Part shown: one piece after another, positions 1 through 25,134 of the stretch | Position numbering within the stretch: the first letter of the stretch is position 1 | How the letters are laid out: the number at the start of each line of letters is the position of its first letter | From: Chrysomallon squamiferum | Taxonomy: Eukaryota; Animalia; Mollusca | Reading direction: 5' to 3' | DNA: 64,000 bases | Assembly: GCA_012295275.1 (NCBI GenBank) | Contig: CM022669.1 | Location: 12,214,001 to 12,278,000 of the forward strand | Notes under the pieces: model-generated | The model's input: only the letters and a program-made list of their open reading frames with translations | The model's database searches: none | Told to the model about the DNA's origin: nothing | Position numbers and translations under genes: made by a program

Positions 1-70
1 ATGGTAAGAAATACTCAATAGATATAACGCAATTATTAAATACTGTTTGTATTACTATAAATCTGCTAAC

Positions 71-12972
<12,902 letters not shown>

Positions 12973-13225
12973 TCTGTGGAAAACAAACAAAAACAGAAAA
13001 AAAATAAAATAAAATCATCCAAGTATTCTCCTGTGAAGACCCACTATAAAAAAATAATAACAAAAAAAATTAAAAATCAATCAATCAATCAATCAAAAGA
13101 AAGAAAATGAATAAAAGAAAAAATATTCAAAGAGTTCAAACATTATTTTTGTGTAAGGGTATTCCACTTATTTCACTAATATTACAAATGAACATCAGCA
13201 TTATTTCTTGCTGAAATAACTAAAC

Positions 13226-13274
<49 letters not shown>

Positions 13275-13699
13275 TTTTATTTTTTAATCATTAATATAAT
13301 TTTTACATTTGATTTATTTAGATCTAAATTAAACCAATAATTATTTTTATGTTCAAAAGAATATTTATTTATAACTAGTAATCTAGTAATCAAAACAGTA
13401 TACTTTTATTAAAATTGTTGTTGTTATTATTATTAAACAAAATAAATTTTAAAAATAAATAAACCTCAAGTCAATTTTTATGTTCAGATCTAGGTCTTAA
13501 CGAAAGTAGTGTTACTCAGCCAACAAGACATTTATCTCCCTTGAGATAAAAAAAAAAAAAAAAAAAAAAAAATACAATATGTAAACAATGCAGATCATGA
13601 ATAGAACGGCAATAATAATAAGATAAAATGCAGCAATTTTTAATTTTGTTTTTATTCTTATGAAACAGAAAATCAATGCACAATACTCACGGAAATTGC

Positions 13700-15282
13700 A
13701 GTTAACAGTATTGTGTATTTATTACAAGTTTACCAATTTCATTTCATAATTCATATTCTCTCATTACAGCAGAAAGATTATCGTTAGAGTCAAAACATCA
13801 AATCAACAATTCATTGAAACTTGATTTTTAAGAATTATTTTCCAATACGAATGCAGATTTATAAGATATTTAGCATGTCATATCACACATTTCAATACAA
13901 ATTATTAATTACTAAATAATTTTCTTTCAAAACGAAACTACCGAAACAGACCTTGCGATTAACATTGCACGTAGAGTGCAGTCGAATGAAAACTACTCCG
14001 ATATAAAAATAAATTTCAATTAATTGAAACCTGTTGAAATTTTGATTAAAAGATCCTATAACTTCTGAAAAAGACATTGTTGTATTAGAATCACCATTGA
14101 AGTTACGATTTTGACGACCATCAGCAGCCATTCCTTACATGTTGTTGTATGTTCCTCCCACTGGCTTGGAAAGCGTCCTATTTAAGATTCTGTTTAACCT
14201 CTACTTACTTAATTTAATGAGTATAAGTAAAATAAATAATCAAACGAGTAGCTGGCTTTGTGACTGATTCAAATTATAGTCTTACAAATTACAACTAACA
14301 TTATATCAGTTTATATGCTTATGTATTCTTGTTAGTTGCAACAATGAACTAAGTTCATAGTCATATATTCTTTATTAAATAGAAGTATTTGAAGTGGATG
14401 GTCAGCAAGCAAGCGTTTGATTATGATTATAATGCAGGATACATAGAAATATTATTGCTATATATATAACAGAAAATGTTTATTTGTTTTTCGTAACAGT
14501 ATATTATAATTATGATTATTTGTTAAATAATATAGTATTTGATAAAAAAAAAAAAATATATATCTTGTCAAAGAAATGTCAACAATTCACTCATTAAAAT
14601 AATTATTATATATAATCATGATATCACATAAAAATACATTTTGCTCTGTACAAAATGCATTATTTCTTTTGGCGACGAGTATAATGATTATTGTAATTCT
14701 AAAAAGAAAAAAAAATTTAGAAGGGGAATAACTGTAAACAAATTATCTTCCCTTGGCATGGTTGCTTTCCAAGAAGCGAAAAGTGTCTTTAGTTTTAATT
14801 TAAACATTAATTGTTGATGCAAGAGAAATTACAGCGATGTAGCATGTTAGTGGAAACTAATTTACATCTTTTTTCCTAGCAATTGGTGCTTTACATCGTT
14901 AAGACATAAAATTACAAATAGTGAATCGCATTAATGATAAAAGCGATAGCGAATTTTAAATAAATAAAAATAAGTTACTTAGCTAAAATATTTATCTCAA
15001 TATTCAAATGTATGATACTATGGACTTGGTGTCTTTCGAATTGCTTATGTAATTATAGATTATAATATTTTATTCTTTGAACAATAATTGTAAAAATTAT
15101 TTATTTATTAATTATTATTATTATTATTGTTATTGTTATTGTTATTATTATTTAGTTTTTGAAGATCCTTTTAAATTACTTTTGTAAAATAATAGTTTAA
15201 GATAACATTTCCTTGTTCTATAATTAAACATTAGAAATACAACGTGACTGCAAAGCATTTATTTCATATTTTTCCGTTTCAG
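13700..15282. promoter_or_regulatory. Probable shared/bidirectional promoter region of YTHDC2 and pygo
   Basis: The divergent start codons are only about 2.4 kb apart. Each is preceded by a splice acceptor, so the 5' exons lie between them. CpG is locally retained, and a candidate minus-strand donor AT|GTAAGG lies at 14138. Confidence 0.55.
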
Positions 15283-15345
15283 ATTCATATCTGTAATGAA
15301 GTACATTTGAATGTTCATGTACATGCATTTCTTACACTGAACATT

Positions 15346-16034
15346 ATGGATGATAAGAAACCTGACAGTCAGGTGAGTAAATGACCCAAACGTATTGATT
15401 TTGAGAACTTGTGAAATCTTTTAAATTTTATTAAATTCAGAAAACACTAACGAATAAAGTAGGTTTAAGAATATTAGAAAATACTATTTTCATTTTTTTT
15501 TTTTTTTTTTTTTTTATCTTTTATAGAAACACACTTTGGCAGAATTATTGCCACCGTCCAACAACACGCCTACACCTAAATCAGATATTGTTGCACAGAA
15601 TCCTTTTGAGGATCAGATCCCAGTTTCCAACACAACCCGACAATCTCCTGGCATGCTCAACAAACAGGGACCTCCTCACAGCCAGCATGGTCCAACAAGG
15701 ACCACCCCATTCACAGCATGGACCCCAGGGACCTGGGATGTCCCCACAGGGACAAGGCTCTGGTAAGATGTATCCTCCAAATCAGCCAATGGTTTTCAAC
15801 CCATCAAATCCAAATGCTCCTCCAATATATCCATGTGGTATTTGTCACAAGGAGGTGCATGATAACGACCAGGCCATTCTGTGTGAAAGTGGATGTAATT
15901 TCTGGTTTCACCGATTCTGTACTGGGCTGACAGAAGCAGCATTCACAATGCTGAAACAGGAAGTGTATGCTGAGTGGGTGTGTGACAAATGTCTTGGAAC
16001 AAAAAATATCCCACTGGTTAAATTGAAACCATGA
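15346..16034 (+). CDS. pygo: Pygopus homolog (Wnt/beta-catenin co-activator with NPF motif and C-terminal PHD finger), carrying an apparent 1-nt frameshift at ~15694
   Basis: Coding exon 15346-15372 (MDDKKPDSQ|gtgagt), then an intron to tag at 15526. The exon from 15527 reads KHTLAELLPP..DIVAQNPFED (Pygo NHD/NPF motif). The PHD YPCGICHKEVHDNDQAILCESGCNFWFHRFCTGLTEAAFTMLKQEVYAEWVCDKC ends at TGA 16034 but is in the +1 frame. Removing one A at 15694/15695 gives a single 177-aa ORF. Confidence 0.9.
15696..16034 (+). CDS. pygo: Pygopus PHD-finger-encoding segment, downstream of the apparent frameshift
   Basis: C4HC3 PHD finger with Pygo-specific EVxD, AILCE, WFHRxCTGLTExA and EWxCDxC signatures (ORF track 15588..16034). 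Confidence 0.93.
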   Translation, partial: QGPPHSQHGPQGPGMSPQGQGSGKMYPPNQPMVFNPSNPNAPPIYPCGICHKEVHDNDQAILCESGCNFWFHRFCTGLTEAAFTMLKQEVYAEWVCDKCLGTKNIPLVKLKP

Positions 16035-19000
16035 AACCAGGAACAGGCGCTTGACAGTGAGCCCAAGACAAACATCATTTTTGTTATCATATGATTTTTT
16101 TTCTGCTTTATGTATCAGTGAAGCTTATTTGTTCAGATAAATCGGTCATTAATCTGAGCTTTTTCAATACCAAATTTGCTAAGCTGGAAATAAATAAATT
16201 GTGTTCATATTAGCAAGGACTAATCCTTTAAGGTGTAAAGTGTTTAAATAATATTTTTAATTTAAAATAATAATAATGTAATCAAAGAAATATTACCATA
16301 TTCCAAGTACCTGTTAATAGTTATTTTGCCAGATTGTCCAGTAATGAAAGTTATTGGAATGGAAAGAATGAAAGACATTTACATTTTTATTTTATTTTAT
16401 ATAAGATAAGACGAGTAAGTTACTGTTGAAAATTTATACTGTTTAAATGACAAAGGTAATATTTAAGCATTATTAATTTAATATCAGTGGTAATGGGACA
16501 TAAACCTTTAATTAACAATAGTGGTATATTTTGGTTTCAAACATAAAAAAAAAATCGGGATAGAATTAAAATAAAAAAGATAATATAGAGTTGCTATTTT
16601 ATGAATAGCATCTGTTACAATTTGTTATCATATACTAAATGAGGAAAATTATTATTGAATTTTATATGATCAGGATTTTGAAACCATTAAAAAATATCAG
16701 TGTTTCAGTATGCAGAAATGTATCAGTTTATTTTTTATTTAAAAAATGTATTAATTTAAAGTTGCAAAATGCATACAATGCTTGCTTGACTGCTGTTGCA
16801 TATCAATTCACTTCATAAAGCATTTTATGGCTTTGCATTTTAGATATATTTAGATTATTATTATTTTTTTAAATAGTATAAAATACATATCTTTTACAAT
16901 TTTATCATTTATCATTGTATTTTTTTGTCAATAAATATTTAATGAATTTTTTTGTTCTTTCTGTTGTGAATTTTAAAATTAATTTAGTCATTTATTTCTG
17001 AATATTAGTGTTTTTGTCAGTTTGTTGTTTCTATAACCAGAATGTATAAGGGTAATTACTTTTTTGTAGCATGTGAGGTATTTGTTATTTCCGTCTTATA
17101 TTCCTTAGATTTTGTTTCCTCTTCATTTGTCAACTTGCCTCAACCTACTCAATATCCAACACCCTGTTTCATTTACACATTCATGAAAATCTTTGATATT
17201 TTCATAAATCAGTTATATGCTTTAATAATTCTCAGTTATGGTTTGTTGTGAACTCTTTGGATAAATTAATGATAATAATAAAGGGAGGCTAAAATCTGAA
17301 TTATTTTGCTTTTTATGATGCTTTTAAGAGGTAAACACAATCTTGAAAAAAGTATTCATAAAATGAAACTCGTTTCACTTAGTAGTTACAATCACTAGAG
17401 AAAATATCTTGAAATTACCAGTTTCACATTGTATGTTAACTGTCTTCAGTTTTGTATCAAAGCAAAATGGCAAAATATTTTCTTCAGCGTAATGTAAAAA
17501 TGAATAATTAACACACACACACCCATACATGTTGTTATTATCTTTATTTTTATTTATTATTTTTTTAAATCTTTGGAGAAATATGTATTGAAAACACTTT
17601 TGTGGTTCTTAGAGGAATGTGCAAGCAGTTAAAACTAATTTACACAAAAAATAAATAAAAGTTATTAGGACACAAGAGAAAAAAAAGAGAAATTTTTATT
17701 TACAGGCAACCATCATTATTATTCCCAGCAAATTAATCGTACTTCTGTCAAGAACAATAAATGTGTTGCTGCATGAGAAAACCTAGAATAAAAGTGCAAT
17801 ATTTTCAAAATGTTTTTTCTTTGCTGATCATAAAACTTTAAAAATCATTATGTCCACCTTAGGGAGGTTCCCTCAAAATGTATGTGGATGTGATGGGTGA
17901 CCATAGACAAGTTGAGGATGTTTTTTTGTCAAAGTTGATTGATATCTGAGTCAAATGATGAAATAATTGATGACATAACTTAAGTTTGAGAACATAGAAG
18001 TCAGTGATATTAGATGAAAACAAAAATTCATAAACTAACTTATTCTTTGGGCTGTAGCTAAAAATAGCTGATTAAGTTTTTGCCTGGGTTTTCCTATGCA
18101 GCATCACAAATATTAAATACAAATATCCCTCCACACACACATACACACATGGACGTACAACGGACCAAAGCAACAGAAACAAAAATTAAATTTATGAAAT
18201 ATTTAATGTCAATGTGGAAAAGGAAACATAAAATGTTAAAATATCATAATTCTATATGTATAAATAAAAGATTTTTTTTTCTTCCATATATCTTTTGTAT
18301 ATAAATATATATAATAAATTAAATCATGCAAAACAATAAAACAAAATTACATGTCATGCGATACCAATGTTAACAGCACAGATATATATATATGTGTATA
18401 TATATATATATATATATAAAATGAATTTAACAATACATACAATAGCAAACAACGGAGACTGAAATATCACAGATTAGAATATTATACGAGATTATCACTT
18501 AGATTAATAATAAAAGTAAAGAAACAAGTTCTGCCAGGATATAACTTTAGAATCTGATAATAAAAATACATGTCGGGTCATTTTCAGATAACTTAATTCC
18601 AAACAACTGAACAAAACAAATTATTTTCCTAAACTTACCTTTCTTACAAATTACAATTTAAAAATGTTTGATGAGAGACACACTTTTGCAATGATTTTTA
18701 AAAATTTGCATCAAATGTTACTTTAAACTTCAAATAAAGTCCAAACATGTTCTAAGACTGGTTAAAACAAAATACTGAATTCATGAACTCTGAACTGAAC
18801 AGCTTTATATAATATTTCTGAATCATTTTCTGAAAACTGGAATGAACTAAAATTTGTCAAAAACGGGAAGATATGTTATCTTTATCAATAATAATCTACT
18901 TATTGAAAATGGAACATTTACTTTTTCTGAAATAAAATATTACCTTTATTGTTAATAAGGAACTTACTGAAAATGGAATTGTTAACTTGCTCTGAAATAT

Positions 19001-20331
19001 AGTATTTTCTTTATCAATAATAAACAATTTACTGAAAATTGAATTGTTAAGATTTTATGAAAATAGTAAAAGTTATATAAATTAATAATAAAAAAGCAAC
19101 AATAAGAATGTAATACATTTTTTCTTCTCTGTTTTAAAACTACTTACCGTATTCTCATTAAATATAACTAAATGTATAATTTATAAATAAAATATAAATT
19201 TACTTTATACTACATTTCTGCCATCAGTATTAAATAAACATAATAATAGGCCATGATTAACAATATAAGTAGTAGTTAAAAAAGAAATGAAAACGAAAAC
19301 CACAAATAGAAATATAACAGCTTTGTTGTATTAGTAATTCTAGTTAATGCTAAAAGTTAGGTTGGCAAGGGAGTTAACTAGTAATACTGTGAATATTTAC
19401 AATACTGGTATGTGGTACAATAACATTTGAAAACAGAGCAGCACCAAGTTTAAAACTAGGTTGGAAAATAAAGTTTATGTTTTCAAAAACTTTAAAAACT
19501 TCTGCTATTATTATCAAAGATTTAAAAGAAAGCAAAAACAACAAACCACCATCCCCCCAAAAAACAACCAAAAAACATTAAAATGATGAATGAAAATTTT
19601 GTTATTTATCTAAACTAGATTTTTGCCAAGATACATTTTACAGAATGTGCTTTTAAAATGTAATTGTAGAATTACTTTCAGTTTTATTAATTTAAGATAA
19701 TTACTTTTTGATATAATAATATAATGAGAAGAAATATAGATGGAGCAAAATTAATAAGAAAATCTTGCCATGATACATGTGATTGAAAAAAAGTTGTGTA
19801 ATTGACACAAACAAAAGTAAGTAACCAGATGAATCATAAATTACTTAGTTATAAAATTATATATAAACGAAGAGAATTCTGTATTTTTTATTTTATCTTT
19901 ATAAATTTTTATTAAATTAAAAAAATATATAATAACGTGTATTTTTATCTTTATAAATTTATATTAAAAAAATATAAGATAACTTTTATTTTTGAATGAA
20001 GGCTGACTTTAATGTTCTGTGACAGTTTTGTTAATAATTTTTCTGACTAGTAGATTCTTTAGCTCTTAAGATGTACATTTTAACTAAAAGATATCATTAC
20101 TGTATTTATCGTTATTTATTAAATAAAGATGCATTCTGATATGAAATGATAAACTGAAGAGAAAAAAAATAATATGATACTGACTGATTAAAAAACCCTG
20201 ATTACTTTTAAGTGAAATTAGATACAAATACCTTACATATTAACTAAACAAAATAAATAAATAAATAATATCACAAAGATATAATATATGTTTTTTTTTT
20301 CTCTTTTAAAAAAAGTTTCTATTTTATTTAA

Positions 20332-20362
<31 letters not shown>

Positions 20363-20870
20363 GGTCTTTCATTCCAGTACTACTACTACTGACGAAGTTT
20401 TCAGGACCAATTCACTGTTAGAAAAATGGTTCCTGTCTCATTAACAATGTTTATTTTCCTGTTCACTACAAACACAAAACCATCATTAATTACAGTAGTA
20501 AATTTGGATGTTTTTTTTTTGTTAATTTATATTTTTTAAATTTCCATGATTATGAAAATGCTTCTTCAATTTCCATTTGCAGAATATGTGAAGGCACATC
20601 ATTAACACCGATATTCCTGGGTTTTTTTTTAAAGAATTTTAAAAATATTTTTTAAGTATCGAATTCTTCTCACTTGGCTTCTTTGTTTTAAAGCACACAA
20701 TCCAAATATCCAGTTACAACTGGATAAACAAAAATCTTTAAAATAAAAAATATATATATAAAAAAAATCAATAAAATTTTAAAAAAAAATCAATAATAAA
20801 AACAAAATCAATAAATAATCAACACTTGTTGCCATGCATTGTTTTTCCAACAAAACAGTCAGGCTTTTTA

Positions 20871-22944
20871 TCAACTGTAGACGAATGCATGATTCTCTCG
20901 CATTTCAAGCTGCCTAATCCTCATGTTGTTTGATGCTCCGCGAATTCTCTGTGATTTTGTCGACCTGTGACTACTGAGTGCCTCCGCTTTAACTGACAAG
21001 TGTGTGTTGAGTCGACTCAGGTTGCTTCCCGAGTTGTTCATGTCTGTCCGAGACAGTTCGGGACGTTGCACGACAGGGGCCGGTGCAGACACAACAGACA
21101 AGCCGTGTACCATCGGCTGCGGGTGGAACTTCATAACAGATAAATCTGTGACCAGAAGATGAAAAAAAAGTAGCGTAATCAGCGCCTCTCATGAAAAGAG
21201 TTACTGTTGATCAAAATTAAACTTCAGGTGAAATTTTGACAAGTACGTCATTGTTAGTAGGATTGGTTTTTACTGATCTTTATTTATTCTCTGTTAAAGT
21301 TAAGTAATACGTGTCAAATCTGAGCAAGTATCTTAATGTAATTAAGATTGTTTTTACTTATTTTTTTAATTGTTCATTATTAAAATTAAATAATACAGGT
21401 CAAATTTGAGTAATTAAGATTGATTTTATTAGTTTTTTAATTGTTCATTATTAAAATTAAATAATACAGGTTAAATTTGAGTAAGTATCTTAATGTAATT
21501 ATTATTAGTTTTATTTATTTTTAATGTTTCTTATTCTTGGTTGCAATAAATATACAGATTCATAAAAATGAATATCATTGGTTCAGACAAATATACAGAC
21601 GTAACAAAATGGATTCTTGACTATGAAGGCTACTGGTTCAGCAGATACACAGATGTGTAAGAATTAACCTTTAATACTGAAGATTACTGGTTGCAGTAAA
21701 TATATACATATCTCGTATCTAAATTAAATGATATTAGTGTCTACCGTACCAGAGTCCTTTCTCTGTCCATGTGCACTGAGACCCCTAGTTTTTAGTGACG
21801 GTGTCGTGGAATCGGATTTCCAGTCGAGGTTGTAACCACTGCGTGCTAGCAGTCGATTTCTTTCTGCTTCAGTTTCCATCAAGTTCCGGTACTCTGGGTC
21901 AGGAACAACAGTGGCCTGGCCTCCTCGGGTGTTTCCCAGAGTCTTTCTAGTTAACTGCTTCCTCTGGAATTTATAAATACATGAAATTAATAAACAAATC
22001 CAAACTGATTCAGATTTAATAAAAAAAATATGTTAGATAATTGTTTTTGCATTTTGAAAGAAAGAAAAATGTAGTGATAGAATTAGGGGGAAAAAAAAAG
22101 TAATGGAATATGAATAGCATATTAATTAATGTTTTTATTTATTCTTCCTGTAAATTCAGTTTTAGCTGTGAAAGGCCCAACAACAATAAAAATTTAAAAA
22201 AGACAAAAAAAAGAAGAACCTATGAACATAATTTTAAAACTAGAAAATATTTGTACAAATATTAATCAAGTAATCATTCCATAAAAAGAAAAAAGTATAT
22301 ATATATATATATAAATCAAAGACATGAATTTAAAATGATTAAATACAAATAAAACAATATAACCATTTGAACTTAGGGAAAAAACAGTAATTTTAAATTT
22401 AATTTGACTTAAGATAGTTTTTATTTTATTGATGTAGTCATAATTTATTTTTTATTGTAATCAGTGTGAACCAGTAAAAAAAGAACTGGTATAGAATTAC
22501 TGACTTCTTTTATGAAACTTATTATTATTAAATCTTTGTAAATATTAGTTAAGTTTATTGCATTACATAGTTTTGATTTCTGTAATACCAAAGATGATGC
22601 ACTGAAGACCAGTCCTAATTAAATTGATTATATACAATAATATAAAATGTAACAAAGAAGTTGCTGATTTAAAACATTATGTATGTGAGTTTGGTACAAA
22701 AATGGATTAAAGGTGGTGCAGGTATAGTTAAAATAAATGGACTGAGGATGGTGCAGAATAATTTTGCTGTGAATTAATGGAAACTGAAATGGTGCAGTGG
22801 TACTCATTTCAAGAAAAGGTTTATAAATGTCTGTTGTTAATAATAATTAGTGAAAATTCAGGTGATATGTAGACACACTGACCTACATGTACCTGAATAT
22901 TTAAGACCAAAACACATGTGTGCATGCCTGCCCACTCTCAAACT

Positions 22945-22984
<40 letters not shown>

Positions 22985-24293
22985 CACACTCACATCCACG
23001 CAAAACACAAAACACAATATATAATCTTTACTAACAATTTAAATTATTGGAAAAGCGATACCAATAAACAAAAAACAGAACCAACAACAACCATTATTGT
23101 TTTATTTACAAAACATTTCCATATTTTATAAATAATTCCCTGAAGTTTAATAACAATTACATAACTAGTTTGTATTAATAAATAGTCTGGTTTCTGTATC
23201 TTATTGTTAACTTGCTCTAAAATTAGCTACTAAATTATAACAAAATAAAAATAGCATAACAATAGGATGGTGTTCTGTGAAACACAAATTATATTAATAC
23301 TTAAGTAAGTAAGTAAATAAATAAATATATAAATTAACTAATTACATACACAATTAGGAAAGATCATTTAAAATATATTTTACAATACAATTTTCTGAAA
23401 ATATCATCATAAAATACAATGTTCAACATACTACAAGATACTTTATTAGGATGCAAAATAAAAATGGTCAAAATTAAAATCTCATTACTGAAAAAGTGAA
23501 ATTCAAAATACTGAAATATTGTGAAATGCCTTTAAATAATAAAAAAAAAAAGTAGACCAGAAAAGAAAAGAAAAAAACTAGGTACAAATAAAAAAACACA
23601 CAACAAACACACCAAACTAAAAATAAAAAATAAATAAATAAAATACAAGCAACCTAAGCAATGATAAGTAACAACTGCTTCAAAAAAATAAAAAAAACTA
23701 TATATATAAAATATTAAAAAGCAAAAAAAAAAATGATTACATACTCCAAGCTATTGAAGCAAAGTCCTGAAATGACATGGATTAAAAAAGCAAGAGAAAA
23801 AAACCCACAGCAAGCACCATATGAAGACAACCGTACAAAACAAAACGCCAAATCTGATTACTTCTTACCTGAAATGATGGCACTGTTCGTTCATTGAGAT
23901 TAGCTAGACTTCCAACCTTGCTCTGCCACCGACTGCTGTAATTGGGCTGGAGGGTGGACAAATAGGAGTAAGATTTAGACTTAGAGTAAGGACTCAGACG
24001 GTGGGGGACATGATTAGTGCAGTGGGGGTGCTGGGAAATGAGTTGGGGGTTGCCTGCAATGACAGAAGGTGCATAGAGGAGGTTTGAGGTAGGCATGTCA
24101 CAGAATTGTGAGAGCGCAGAGTGAGAGTGATAGTGGTGGCGATCATCATGTGAAATTGGTTGGTTCGTGCTGTGGTGTGCTAAGTTTTCGCCATTCTGAA
24201 AAGTCAGAAACACAGTCACAGTGGTTATGCTTTTTCAAACATGCACAGATTATTAATCCAGTTTTCTCTTTTCATGCTCAATATTTAGTAAAA

Positions 24294-24328
<35 letters not shown>

Positions 24329-25101
24329 TCGGTAAAGACCCACATGCAATAACAATTAAAATAAAAAAAATATATATATATATATCCAATTAAATCATCA
24401 TTACTTTAAATTTACTCATATTTTCCATTTATTTTAGATAATATTAATTTTATTACTTTATTTATTTATTTTTATTTATTGTCTATATTTATGACTCTAT
24501 TAAGGTTTTTTTTTTTTTTTTTTTATTTTATACACTTACTGTAAAATATGTAGTTAAATCAGTTTTATTCAAAAATAAAAAGAGTTCCAATTTTATTATG
24601 AAATATTTACATCATTACTTATTATTTTCTTATTTTTGAAAATATAATAATTTATATATAAATAGTTTTCTTTACAAAAAAACATTGTAAAATTTTTTTT
24701 TTAAATGTTATGAGCAAACAATTATTTCGTCTAATATCTTTAGTATAAGCACAAAAAATTAAGTTATAAAAATATGTATTATAAAAGTATTAAAAACTGG
24801 GTAATAACTTCTGTGATATTAGATATTTTTTAATACATCACCAGATTCAGAAAATTAAAGTAGAAAATAAAATAAGTAAAATTATCAGTCTGTAAGATTT
24901 CAAGTTTCATTCTTTACAGCTTTAGAAATTTTGATTACTCAAAACTGAATTTATCTGAATCCGTTGACATACAAATACACACAAATCTTTTTTTATTAAT
25001 TCAAATCTCAACTGCTTACTTGAAATTCTAAAATTAATCATTTTTGGTTCTGGTTAGGCATGTTTTTGAGTAATCAAATGTTGAAACAAACATTAAACAA
25101 A

Positions 25102-25134
<33 letters not shown>

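Noticed and set aside
13892-14131. ORF MAADGRQNRNF.. as a possible YTHDC2 first coding exon
   Set aside because: It shows no recognisable homology or convincing in-phase donor, and it lies just inside a candidate intron.
15760-15800. G|GTAAGA donor-like site as an intron that might repair the pygo frameshift
   Set aside because: It lies about 70 nt downstream of the frame switch indicated by the repeat. No suitably distant acceptor exists before the PHD, and the sequence encodes the Pygo-like GKMYPPNQPMVFNP segment.
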